Source of the DNA: Candidatus Micrarchaeota archaeon
Lineage (GTDB): Archaea > Micrarchaeota > Micrarchaeia > Anstonellales > Bilamarchaeaceae
Direction: 5' to 3'
Assembly: GCA_041694845.1 (NCBI GenBank)
Contig: JBGFRY010000008.1
Coordinates: 1 to 32,418 of the forward strand
DNA: 32,418 nt
The notes below the pieces were generated by a model that was not told the DNA's origin, did not search any database, and saw nothing but the letters and a program-made list of their open reading frames with translations. How positions within the stretch are numbered: position 1 is the stretch's first letter; each line of letters begins with the position of its first letter. The translations under genes and the position numbers were made by a program. Shown one piece after another: positions 8,936 to 17,772 of this stretch.

Positions 8936-10240
8936 ATGACAACATTGCGCGATTTTATCGAAAAATTAAGAAAAGAAGGAAAATTGCTTGAATTGAAAAA
9001 GCCAATTTCAAAACATCTTGAGCTTGCTAGCGTACTTGGTGCGCTTGATGGCCAGGTTGTTTATACTGACAAGATAAAAGAAAATCCTGGTGCGAGAATT
9101 GTCGGAAATGTTTTTTCAACACAAGAGTTTGTTGCAGAATGTTTAGGTTGCAAAAAAGAAGAGTTGATGGCAAGATTAATGTATGCAATAGATAATCCGT
9201 CAAAGCCAAGGTTAATTGATGCAAAAAAAGCACCAGTTCTCGAAGTTAGTGAAGCGACTGTCGACCTTTCTAAATACCCAATTCCATTTCATGCAGAAAA
9301 AGATGGTGGACCATATTTTAGCTCAGCTGTAGTAATTGTACAAGATAAAGAACTCGGTAGAAATTGCTCGTTCCATAGAATGATGGTGATTGGAAAGGAT
9401 AGAGTAGTAATGCGTATTTTGGCGCGTCATTTAAACGAATTTATTAAACGAGCTGGTGGAGAACTTGATGTGGCATTTGTTCTTGGAGCACCAATTAATG
9501 TTTTACTTGCTGGAGCAATATCAATCGAACTCGGATCTGATGAATTGGAAATCGCTAATACGCTCATGCCGCTTGAAACCGTACTCCTGCCAAATGGAAT
9601 AGAAGTACCTGCTGATGTTGAATTCGCATTTGAAGGAAAAATTACAACTGAACTCGCAGATGAAGGACCGTTCATTGATTTAACTGAAACATATGACATC
9701 GTTCGGAAACAACCAGTAATGAAGATAACAAAGGTACATCATCGCAAGAATCCAGTATGGCACGTACTGCTACCTAGTGGACAGGAGCATAAAATTTTGA
9801 TGGGTATGCCAAGAGAACCAACGATTTTTAATGAAGTAAGTAAAGTTTGCGAGTGCAAAAGAGTTAATATAACACCTGGTGGCTGTTCTTGGTTGCATGC
9901 AGTTGTCTCAATAAAGAAAAAAAATGAGGATGATGGAAGGAAAGCAATAGAAGCAGCATTTAATGGGCATAAATCGCTTAAACACGTGGTAATAGTTGAC
10001 GAAGATATAGATATTTACGATGAGCGCTCTGTAGAATGGGCTATTGCAACAAGGGTTCAGGCAAACAAATCACTAGTAATAAAACAAAACGAAAAAGGCT
10101 CTTCATTAGATCCCAGCGCTGATCTAAAGACATATACTACTACAAAAATGGGAATTGATGCGACAAAGCCGCTAGTTGCGCATGGAAAGAATTTTGAAAA
10201 AGCAAGATGGATTAAAGTAAATCCAAACAATTTCTTGTAA
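8936..10240 (+). CDS. UbiD-family prFMN decarboxylase, probable trans-anhydromevalonate 5-phosphate decarboxylase
   Basis: KDGGPY, SFHRM, EGPFIDLTETYD, VDEDIDIYD, GSSLDPS and KMGIDAT motifs. Adjacent to ubiX and both AcnX subunits. Confidence 0.88.
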   Translation: MTTLRDFIEKLRKEGKLLELKKPISKHLELASVLGALDGQVVYTDKIKENPGARIVGNVFSTQEFVAECLGCKKEELMARLMYAIDNPSKPRLIDAKKAPVLEVSEATVDLSKYPIPFHAEKDGGPYFSSAVVIVQDKELGRNCSFHRMMVIGKDRVVMRILARHLNEFIKRAGGELDVAFVLGAPINVLLAGAISIELGSDELEIANTLMPLETVLLPNGIEVPADVEFAFEGKITTELADEGPFIDLTETYDIVRKQPVMKITKVHHRKNPVWHVLLPSGQEHKILMGMPREPTIFNEVSKVCECKRVNITPGGCSWLHAVVSIKKKNEDDGRKAIEAAFNGHKSLKHVVIVDEDIDIYDERSVEWAIATRVQANKSLVIKQNEKGSSLDPSADLKTYTTTKMGIDATKPLVAHGKNFEKARWIKVNPNNFL

Positions 10241-10292
10241 TACGCTGCTAAAACTCTATCTTTTTTAAAATCCTATTTACATAATTTTTTTC

Positions 10293-11477
10293 ATGCTCCT
10301 TACAAAAGAAGAGCAAAGGATGTTTGATGGTGAATACGGAGAAGCAACCAGACAATCAATTGAGATACTTGTAGCTATTGGAAAAATCTACAATGCAGAA
10401 AAAATGATTCCAATCACATCAGCGCAGATTGCAGGAGTTTCTTACAAGACAATAGGCGATGCGGGTTTAGAGTATCTTCAAGATATTTTAAAAAAAGGCG
10501 CACGAGTAAGAATCCCTTCATTTCTGAATCCTGCTGGTATGGACAGGGAGCAATGGAAGAAAATTGGCGTGCCAGCGAAGTTTGCAAAAAAACAGCTTGA
10601 AATTCTTAATACATATTGTGTAATGGGCATAACAATGACGTGTACGTGTACTCCATATCTGGTTGGTATTCGCCCTAAACTACACGAACATATTGCATGG
10701 AGCGAAAGTAGCGCGGTTGCATTTGCAAACTCAGTTTTAGGAGCGAGAACAAATAGAGAAGGAGGACCAAGTGCACTTGCAGCAGCAATTTGTGGGGTTA
10801 CACCATATTATGGCTTGCATCTGGATGAAAATCGAATATCAGAGTTTGTTGTGAATGTTAAATGCGACATTAGGACAGCAACAGATTTTGGCGCACTTGG
10901 CTCGTATGTTGGTGAAGTTGCAAAGGATAGAAATCCAGCATTTATTGGCATTGATAAGAAAGCTGCAACAGATGATAAACTAAAATTATTAGGTGCATCA
11001 ATGGCTGCAAGCGGTTCTGTTGCTTTGTTTTATGTTAAGGATATAACGCCAGAGTTTGTTATTTCAGATAAACCAGAAAAAATTACAATAACTGAAAAAG
11101 AGATCAAGGCAGCAAAGGAAAAACTAGCAAGTACAATAACTAATGATAAGCAAGAACTTATTACAATTGGTTGTCCGCACGCATCTCTGCAAGAAATAAA
11201 AGAAGTTGCAGAGATAGTCCGTGGAAAAAGAGTGAAATGCGATTTATGGATATGCACTGCGCGAGCAACCAAGAGAATAGCAGATGATATAGGAGTTACT
11301 AAAATAATCGAAAGCGCTGGTGGCCATATTGTTGCCGATACCTGTATGGTTGTCTGCCCTATTGAAGAAATGGGCTACAAGATCACTGGGTGTAATTCAG
11401 GAAAAGCTGCCCGCTACCTTGCCAGTTTGTGCAAGCAGAAGGTAATTTTTAAAAACCTTGAAGAGTTACTACATTAG
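10293..11477 (+). CDS. Aconitase X large subunit (DUF521), probable phosphomevalonate dehydratase large subunit
   Basis: TCTPY, WSESSA, NSVLGARTNREGGP, GCPH, DTCMVV and NSGKAARY motifs. Confidence 0.9.
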   Translation: MLLTKEEQRMFDGEYGEATRQSIEILVAIGKIYNAEKMIPITSAQIAGVSYKTIGDAGLEYLQDILKKGARVRIPSFLNPAGMDREQWKKIGVPAKFAKKQLEILNTYCVMGITMTCTCTPYLVGIRPKLHEHIAWSESSAVAFANSVLGARTNREGGPSALAAAICGVTPYYGLHLDENRISEFVVNVKCDIRTATDFGALGSYVGEVAKDRNPAFIGIDKKAATDDKLKLLGASMAASGSVALFYVKDITPEFVISDKPEKITITEKEIKAAKEKLASTITNDKQELITIGCPHASLQEIKEVAEIVRGKRVKCDLWICTARATKRIADDIGVTKIIESAGGHIVADTCMVVCPIEEMGYKITGCNSGKAARYLASLCKQKVIFKNLEELLH

Positions 11478-11496
11478 GTTATATGGTGAAACAATT

Positions 11497-11892
11497 ATGT
11501 TGATTAAAGGCAGAATAATTTCTCGCGGAATTGGAACTGGTAAAATTCTGTTCAGCAAAGATTCAATCTCTTTTCTTGGTGGCGTTGACCCAAAAAGTGG
11601 TATAGTCACCGAAAAAGGCCATGCTATTGAAGGAAAATGCATAACGAATACTATTCTTATTTTTCCACGTGGGAAGGGTAGTACTGTTGGTTCATATGTA
11701 ATGCTTCAATTAAAAAAGAATGGGAAGGCACCAGCAGCAATAATTAATAGAGAGGCAGAACCGATAATCGCGGTTGGAGCAATCATTTCAAAGATACCTA
11801 TGCTTGATAAATTAGAGAGAAGTCCATTTGAATTTTTTAAAGATGGGCAAGAGGCAACTGTGGATGCAAACAAAGGAGTTATTTCTATATGA
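11497..11892 (+). CDS. Aconitase X small/swivel subunit (DUF126), probable phosphomevalonate dehydratase small subunit
   Basis: ISFLGGVDP, FPRGKGSTVGSY and KAPAAII motifs. ATG 11497 follows a GGTGA RBS. Confidence 0.9.
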   Translation: MLIKGRIISRGIGTGKILFSKDSISFLGGVDPKSGIVTEKGHAIEGKCITNTILIFPRGKGSTVGSYVMLQLKKNGKAPAAIINREAEPIIAVGAIISKIPMLDKLERSPFEFFKDGQEATVDANKGVISI

Positions 11893-12275
11893 CACAAACA
11901 TACAAAAAAGGATCACGTGCTGAACGAGAATTGATTGATTTTTTTTCTCAGCATGGATTTTCTGTTATCCGTGCAGCAGGTAGTGGTATTTCATCACTCT
12001 GCCCAGATATATTAGTTTTCAAACATGGTATGCAATATGCGATAGAAGTAAAGGCTTGGGAGAGAGCTAACTTGAACATAAAAAAAGGACAATTCATCTG
12101 CTTAAAAAAATGGGAACAGAATACCGGAATAAATTGTTATATTGGATGGAGAAGAAACCGCGAGCCATGGTATCTTATACCACTTTCATTATTCGAGGAG
12201 GATCCAAAATCATTTGCAATAAACTGGGAGAGAGCACAAAGCATTGGGAAAAAGATTGACGAGTTTATTATTTAA
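11889..12275 (+). CDS. hjc: Archaeal Holliday junction resolvase
   Basis: KGSRAERELI, VIRAAGSG and PDILV...IEVK (PD-(D/E)xK) motifs. Confidence 0.92.
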   Translation: MTQTYKKGSRAERELIDFFSQHGFSVIRAAGSGISSLCPDILVFKHGMQYAIEVKAWERANLNIKKGQFICLKKWEQNTGINCYIGWRRNREPWYLIPLSLFEEDPKSFAINWERAQSIGKKIDEFII

Positions 12276-12283
12276 GAATTAAT

Positions 12284-12387
12284 GGGGTCGTGAGGCAACC
12301 TGGCAACCTGCAAGCTTGGGGTGTTTGTTATCTGAGTTCAAATGTCTCTTGAATCGAAACAAGAGACTGACTTTCTCGGCGACCCCA
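12284..12387 (+). tRNA. tRNA-Pro(GGG) with 31-nt intron at position 59/60 (12343-12373)
   Basis: Acceptor GGGGTCG/CGACCCC plus A; D stem AGG/CCT; anticodon stem CAAGC/GTTTG with loop TTGGGGT; T stem CTGAG/CTCGG. Removing the intron restores the TTCAAAT loop and a 73-nt tRNA. Confidence 0.92.
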
Positions 12388-12442
12388 ATCTACATCGTTT
12401 ATATTTGTTTGGTATGATAAAATTGAAAATAGGTGAGTAATA

Positions 12443-13072
12443 ATGGTAGGAGAAAAGGAAGGATTCCTAGTAAAACAAGAGATCTATCTTGAGGCTGGTG
12501 TTCATATTGGTACTAGGGTACGAACGTTTGATATGCGAAGATACATTTTTAAGAGAAGAGATGACGGCTTATACATTCTCGATCTTAGAAAAACAGATTA
12601 CAAACTTCTTAATCTAGCAAGGGTATTAGTAAGATACAAACCAGAAGATATCTTGATTGTTTCATCAAGGCTCTATTCAAGTAATCCTGCATCAAAATTC
12701 TCAGCATTAACTGGTATACCTGTTTTGAAAGGTCGGTTCATTCCAGGAACAATGACAAATTTATCTTATAATGGTTTTAAAGAACCTAAGTTGATTTTTG
12801 TTTGCGATCCAAAGGGAGAGCAAGAAGCAATTAATGAAAGTGCAAAAAACAATGTTCCAATAGTTGCTCTATGCGATACTGATAATGAAACCAAATTTAT
12901 TGATTTAGTCATTCCTACAAACAACAAAGGAAAAAAGGCTTTAGCTCTTGTATTTTATATATTAACAAGGGAGGTAATGCTTGCACAGGGCAAAATAGGC
13001 TCTTATGATCAGTTTACTTATGATTTAAATTATTTTGAACAACTTGATCTTGAAAGCGATGGTGATACTTAA
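12443..13072 (+). CDS. rps2: 30S ribosomal protein S2
   Basis: YLEAGVHIGT, GRFIPGTMTN, ALCDTDN and IPTNNKG motifs. GGTGAG RBS. Confidence 0.97.
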   Translation: MVGEKEGFLVKQEIYLEAGVHIGTRVRTFDMRRYIFKRRDDGLYILDLRKTDYKLLNLARVLVRYKPEDILIVSSRLYSSNPASKFSALTGIPVLKGRFIPGTMTNLSYNGFKEPKLIFVCDPKGEQEAINESAKNNVPIVALCDTDNETKFIDLVIPTNNKGKKALALVFYILTREVMLAQGKIGSYDQFTYDLNYFEQLDLESDGDT

Positions 13073-14304
13073 TTAGCCTTTGTACTACCAACAGTAATTA
13101 TGCACAGTTTTTTTATTCCTTCTTCCATAACGTAATCACATAGCGTCATATTTTTTGTTCTTTGTGCTAGTTCTCGATAACAACGGTCTTTCCAGCTTAA
13201 TATATTTACTCCAGCGCAGTTTTCTTTTGGATATATTATACTTTCCTCTATCCCTATCGCAATAGAGTAGCATGTCAGTTTCTCTGATGGATTATTTATA
13301 CCTTCACAAAAAGATGCATTATGGTAATTTACTGCAACATCGGAATAGCATGTATTTTTTGCATTTGGTGCATATTCACTTATTTGTACACAACCAGAGG
13401 CGTCATATGTTGCAAGTGAATATTTCTTATAACATTTCCATTTATCTTCTAATGAAAGTTTTTGGCAGTAATCCTTGTTCTTCTCCTTTACTGCAAAATG
13501 ACTATAACATTCATACGAATAACTAGTATCAGATGAGATATCAGCGCACACACTAGGTTTACTAGCACGTATTGCATATAGCTGCTTGCAATAGTCAACT
13601 TGTGATGCCAAAATTAATTCATGGCATTTATCTAAGTTATCCACTAAATTTATACACAGCTGCTTACTTACTTTTGAGTCAAGCATATCACATGCTTTTT
13701 TGTCGCTATTCATTTCTGCATATTGGTATATACATTCATAGTCATCTTGACAATAACTGTAATTTTTATGTAACGTAGCAAGGCACAGTGACTTTTCTGT
13801 CAAAACTTTATAAAAACATGGATCAATAGTTTCGATACATTGCTTTCTATCAGCTACCTTTAAGTTATTGCATATCTCAGTAGATTTCTGGAATAGTGCA
13901 TGTGATAGGACGCATTCTTTTTTCTTTGTGTAATTTTTTACATTAACGCATGATTCTAATGAAAGAGATGACAATTGCAAGAAACACGATTCTTTTTTAC
14001 TTTCATTTATTATTTCGTTACAAATACTGTAGTTTAAACTTGTTACTGCTTTTGTAAACAAGCAATCATCTTCACATAGCTCTGTTTTATTCAATATTGT
14101 TTCGTTAATTACATCTATTAATGCTGGACTGTATGGTTCAGTAGGTTTTTGTCCTTTGAGCAATAGATACATACCTCCAACTATGACTAACACTATTATG
14201 GCGCTGGCTATTAATGCTATATTCCCTTTGCCTTTTTCTCTATTCTCTCGAGGTACATAAACAGGTTCTTTTTTCTCTATTTTACTACTCTCACTAAATG
14301 CCAC
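13069..14304 (-). CDS. Membrane-anchored cysteine-rich repeat surface protein
   Basis: Single N-terminal TM helix, 28 regularly spaced Cys, multiple N-x-S/T sequons. GTG start preceded by GGTGA. Confidence 0.8.
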   Translation of the reverse strand: MAFSESSKIEKKEPVYVPRENREKGKGNIALIASAIIVLVIVGGMYLLLKGQKPTEPYSPALIDVINETILNKTELCEDDCLFTKAVTSLNYSICNEIINESKKESCFLQLSSLSLESCVNVKNYTKKKECVLSHALFQKSTEICNNLKVADRKQCIETIDPCFYKVLTEKSLCLATLHKNYSYCQDDYECIYQYAEMNSDKKACDMLDSKVSKQLCINLVDNLDKCHELILASQVDYCKQLYAIRASKPSVCADISSDTSYSYECYSHFAVKEKNKDYCQKLSLEDKWKCYKKYSLATYDASGCVQISEYAPNAKNTCYSDVAVNYHNASFCEGINNPSEKLTCYSIAIGIEESIIYPKENCAGVNILSWKDRCYRELAQRTKNMTLCDYVMEEGIKKLCIITVGSTKAN

Positions 14305-14585
14305 GTGAATATCACCATTAAATTTAGTAAGTTATAATAAGATAGTCAAAAAATAAATATTTAAACCTGTTGGATATCATTGCCTTCTTTTTGATTATGC
14401 TTTTCCTAGCAATAGTGTAATTTTGAAAAATTTTGTGTTATACTTTTTTCGAATAGAATGGTGATATATAAAAATATTTTCTTTCTATCTTCATTCCCTT
14501 TATTAGAAAAAAGAGGTGGGAGGTAAGATGGAACCTTTTGGTATACCACCTTACCTCAATGTTTAATAAAACGAATTCTCTTCAA

Positions 14586-14691
14586 TAACCAATTTTTCAG
14601 AGTTAAAAAATTTTCCAAACTAATCACATTACAATTTTGATAGGCAAAACAACAAGATTATTTCTAAAGAAGTAAGAAGTTCGGAACTACT
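14586..14691 (-). repeat. Partial inverted copy of the 3823-4030 element
   Basis: Reverse complement matches 3824-3928. The first 60 bp are identical; the rest has a few substitutions and one indel. Confidence 0.9.
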
Positions 14692-14722
14692 TCTTTTTTA
14701 ATATTACATATATTAGTATCTT

Positions 14723-16318
14723 ATGGTAAATTTAGAAGAACAACTTGAAAGCTTTTTGAAATTCATTAATGATAATAAAAATAAACCTCTAGATAAAGAA
14801 CAATTGAAGAAACTTGAATATCTTAAAATGAAAGTGCTCCAAGAAGGTAAAGAATTAGAAAGCCAAAAGAAATATGTTGATGTGGTGTTGATTTACTCGC
14901 AAATTATTGAAATACTTGAACTGGTTGGGAAACCTATAAATCCTAACTATTTCTTTAATCGTGCTTATTCTTACTCTTATTTAAATGAAAATGAAAAAGC
15001 AATAAATGATTATTTAACATATATAAAATTTCGCAAGAATGATGAAATGGCTTTTCATAATATTGGATTGATTTATTGCAAAAAAGGAATGCATGAAGAA
15101 GAGTTCAAATATTTTGAAGAAGCTACTCGTCTTAATCCAGATTATTACTTACCTTACAGGAACATGGCTGTTTGCTACAGAGATCGAAGAAGATACCAAG
15201 AAGCACTTGAAAAAATAGATAAAGCAATTAAGATTAGACCAACAAAAGGTGATTTGTATTCTATAAAGGGTGATATATTAGAAGCGTTGCAAAGAACTGA
15301 AAAAGCTATAGAGAACTATAAAAAAGCAGTAGACTTTGATAGTGCAGATACATACTCTAGGAATCAGTTAAAAAAATTAAAATTTAGTGATGATGGAGAG
15401 CTGACAGTATTTAAGATTGATAAGCCATCAATAACATTTGGTGATGTTGTTGGTTTGGATGAAATAAAGAGGTGGTGTAAGATAAATGTTATCATGCCAT
15501 TATCAAAGCATGAACTAGCAAAAAAGTATAAAAGAAAATTTGGTGGCGGAATACTCCTGTATGGCCCACCTGGGTGTGGGAAGACATATTTTTGCTCAGC
15601 ACTTGCAGGAGAAGGAAAGATAAATTTTATACGTGTAAAGCTGAGCGGCATATTTGATAAATGGCTTGGCAACACAGAAAAAAATATAGAAAATCTGTTT
15701 AAAACTGCTAAGAAAAACAAGCCATGCATTGTTTTTATCGATGAAATCGATGCACTTGGTGGAAAGAGAATTGGTGGAGAAAGTGATAGATATTTGGATC
15801 AAGCAGTAAATCAGATTCTAATGGAACTAACAGAATTAGAAGAAAAGAGTGATGAAGTTCTTGTGATTGGTGCAACAAATGCACCTTGGAATGTTGATGA
15901 TGCGCTAAAAAGAAGTGGAAGACTCGGCAAGTTTATTTATATCAAACCGCCAAACAGAGAAGAAATAGAGGCGCTTTTCAAGTTGTATCTCTCAAAAGTT
16001 CCTGTTAATGAAGATATTAACGCTGACAAGCTCGCAAGGCTTGCTAAGAATTTTTCTGTGACTGATATAAAGTCAGTTTGTGATGAGGCAGTGGGAAACG
16101 CATTTGAAATAGCATGCTCATCAGAAACTACAGTTCCTGTAACAATGAAGATGCTTGAAACTGCATTAAAAAAAGAGCGCTCTGATTTATTAGAATGGTA
16201 CAATACTGTTACAAAAATGATAAGTGAAGTTGAACTAAAAGAGTTCTATCCAGACTTATATGAAGAAATTCTAAACATTAGAAAACAAAAGAGAACAAAA
16301 ATTGAGATGTTTAGATAA
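14723..16318 (+). CDS. TPR-repeat AAA+ ATPase (classic AAA; Vps4/CDC48-like module)
   Basis: N-terminal TPR repeats; GILLYGPPGCGKT, FIDEIDAL and SRH ATNAPWNVDDALKRSGR. Confidence 0.88.
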   Translation: MVNLEEQLESFLKFINDNKNKPLDKEQLKKLEYLKMKVLQEGKELESQKKYVDVVLIYSQIIEILELVGKPINPNYFFNRAYSYSYLNENEKAINDYLTYIKFRKNDEMAFHNIGLIYCKKGMHEEEFKYFEEATRLNPDYYLPYRNMAVCYRDRRRYQEALEKIDKAIKIRPTKGDLYSIKGDILEALQRTEKAIENYKKAVDFDSADTYSRNQLKKLKFSDDGELTVFKIDKPSITFGDVVGLDEIKRWCKINVIMPLSKHELAKKYKRKFGGGILLYGPPGCGKTYFCSALAGEGKINFIRVKLSGIFDKWLGNTEKNIENLFKTAKKNKPCIVFIDEIDALGGKRIGGESDRYLDQAVNQILMELTELEEKSDEVLVIGATNAPWNVDDALKRSGRLGKFIYIKPPNREEIEALFKLYLSKVPVNEDINADKLARLAKNFSVTDIKSVCDEAVGNAFEIACSSETTVPVTMKMLETALKKERSDLLEWYNTVTKMISEVELKEFYPDLYEEILNIRKQKRTKIEMFR

Positions 16319-16482
16319 GTTTCTTTGCTTATACTTAATATTAGTGCTTTGAATTATACTATGATGCTAACTGTTGCCGAAATATTTAAAAAGCCAATTA
16401 TCTATGAGTTAGTTACCTTTTTCTAGAAGGTAAATAAGATGCAATATACTAAATAAAAAGAATTATATGAGGTGTAGATGTT

Positions 16483-17757
16483 ATGGCGAAAAAAGAACAC
16501 ATGAATTTAGTATTTATAGGGCACGTTGATTCTGGTAAGTCAACTACAGTTGGTCGTATCTTATACGAAACAGGTGCAATTTCAGAGCAGGTTTTGAACA
16601 GATTGAAAGAAGAAGCTGCAAAAATAGGAAAGACAACATTTGAATTTGCATTTGTTATGGATGAACTAAAGGAAGAAAGAGAACGTGGTGTTACAATTGA
16701 TATCTCTCACAGAGAATTTGAGACAAATAAATATTTCTTCACAATTATCGATGCACCTGGCCACAGAGACTTCGTTAAGAATATGATTACTGGTGCAAGC
16801 CAGGCAGACGCAGCTGTACTAGTAATTTCAGCAAAAGATGGTGTTGAGCCACAGACAAAAGAGCATGCATTCTTAGCAAAAGTTCTTGGTATCAACCAAA
16901 TTCTTATTAATATTAATAAAATGGATGCGGTTAATTATGATAAAGGACGCTTTTTACAAGTTAAAGGAGAGGTAGAAAAATTACTTGTCAGTGTTGGTTA
17001 CAAACCAGAAAATATAAAGTTTGTTCCATGTTCAAGTTATAATGGTGATAATGTCACAAAAAAATCTACAAATATGGCTTGGTATGACGGGCAAACACTT
17101 CTTGAAATCTTTGATACTTTTGTACTTCCACCAAAACTTACTGACAAACCACTAAGACTGCCAGTTCAGGATGCTTTTACTATTACTGGGCATGGTACAG
17201 TTCCAGTAGGTCGTGTTGAGACTGGAGTCCTTAAGATTGGGGATACTGTTATTTTCATGCCTTCTGGTGTTAAGGGTGAAGTAAAGAAAATAGAAATGCA
17301 TCACCAAGAAATGCCCCAAGCAGTGCCAGGGGATAATGTTGGTTTCAATGTAAAAGGTATTGAAAAGAAAGACGTAAAGCGAGGTGATGTTATTGGTCAT
17401 CCAAATAATCCACCAAAAATAGCAGCAGACTTTAAGGCACAGATCGTTATAATCGATCACCCAACTGCAATTGCAGTTGGTTATACACCTGTATTCCATA
17501 TTCATACTGCACAGTTTGCTGGTAAAATAATTGAAATAATAGAGAAAAAAGATCCAAAGACAGGCCAGGTCCTTCAACAGAAACCAGATTTCATCAAAAC
17601 AGGTGATGTTGCAATTGTTAGAATTCAACCATTAAAGCCAGTTATAGTTGAGAAATTCCAAGAATTCCCGCCAATCGGACGATTCGCAATTCGTGATATG
17701 GGCAAAACAGTTGCTGCAGGTGTTGTTCTTGACGTAACACCTAAATCTGCAGCGTAA
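16483..17757 (+). CDS. tuf: Elongation factor 1-alpha
   Basis: GHVDSGKST, ERERGVTI, DAPGHRDFVKNMITG, NKMD and GRFAIRDMG motifs. GAGGTG RBS. Confidence 0.98.
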   Translation: MAKKEHMNLVFIGHVDSGKSTTVGRILYETGAISEQVLNRLKEEAAKIGKTTFEFAFVMDELKEERERGVTIDISHREFETNKYFFTIIDAPGHRDFVKNMITGASQADAAVLVISAKDGVEPQTKEHAFLAKVLGINQILININKMDAVNYDKGRFLQVKGEVEKLLVSVGYKPENIKFVPCSSYNGDNVTKKSTNMAWYDGQTLLEIFDTFVLPPKLTDKPLRLPVQDAFTITGHGTVPVGRVETGVLKIGDTVIFMPSGVKGEVKKIEMHHQEMPQAVPGDNVGFNVKGIEKKDVKRGDVIGHPNNPPKIAADFKAQIVIIDHPTAIAVGYTPVFHIHTAQFAGKIIEIIEKKDPKTGQVLQQKPDFIKTGDVAIVRIQPLKPVIVEKFQEFPPIGRFAIRDMGKTVAAGVVLDVTPKSAA

Positions 17758-17772
17758 TTTTTACGTAGACCA

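Noticed and set aside
8369-10240. Ubiquinone biosynthesis or aromatic acid decarboxylation role for UbiX/UbiD
   Set aside because: Adjacency to both AcnX subunits and the EGPFxDxTxTYD variant favour the mevalonate role; not excluded without phylogeny.
11458-11496. Longer TTG start for the AcnX small subunit
   Set aside because: It overlaps the large subunit; the GGTGA RBS supports ATG 11497.
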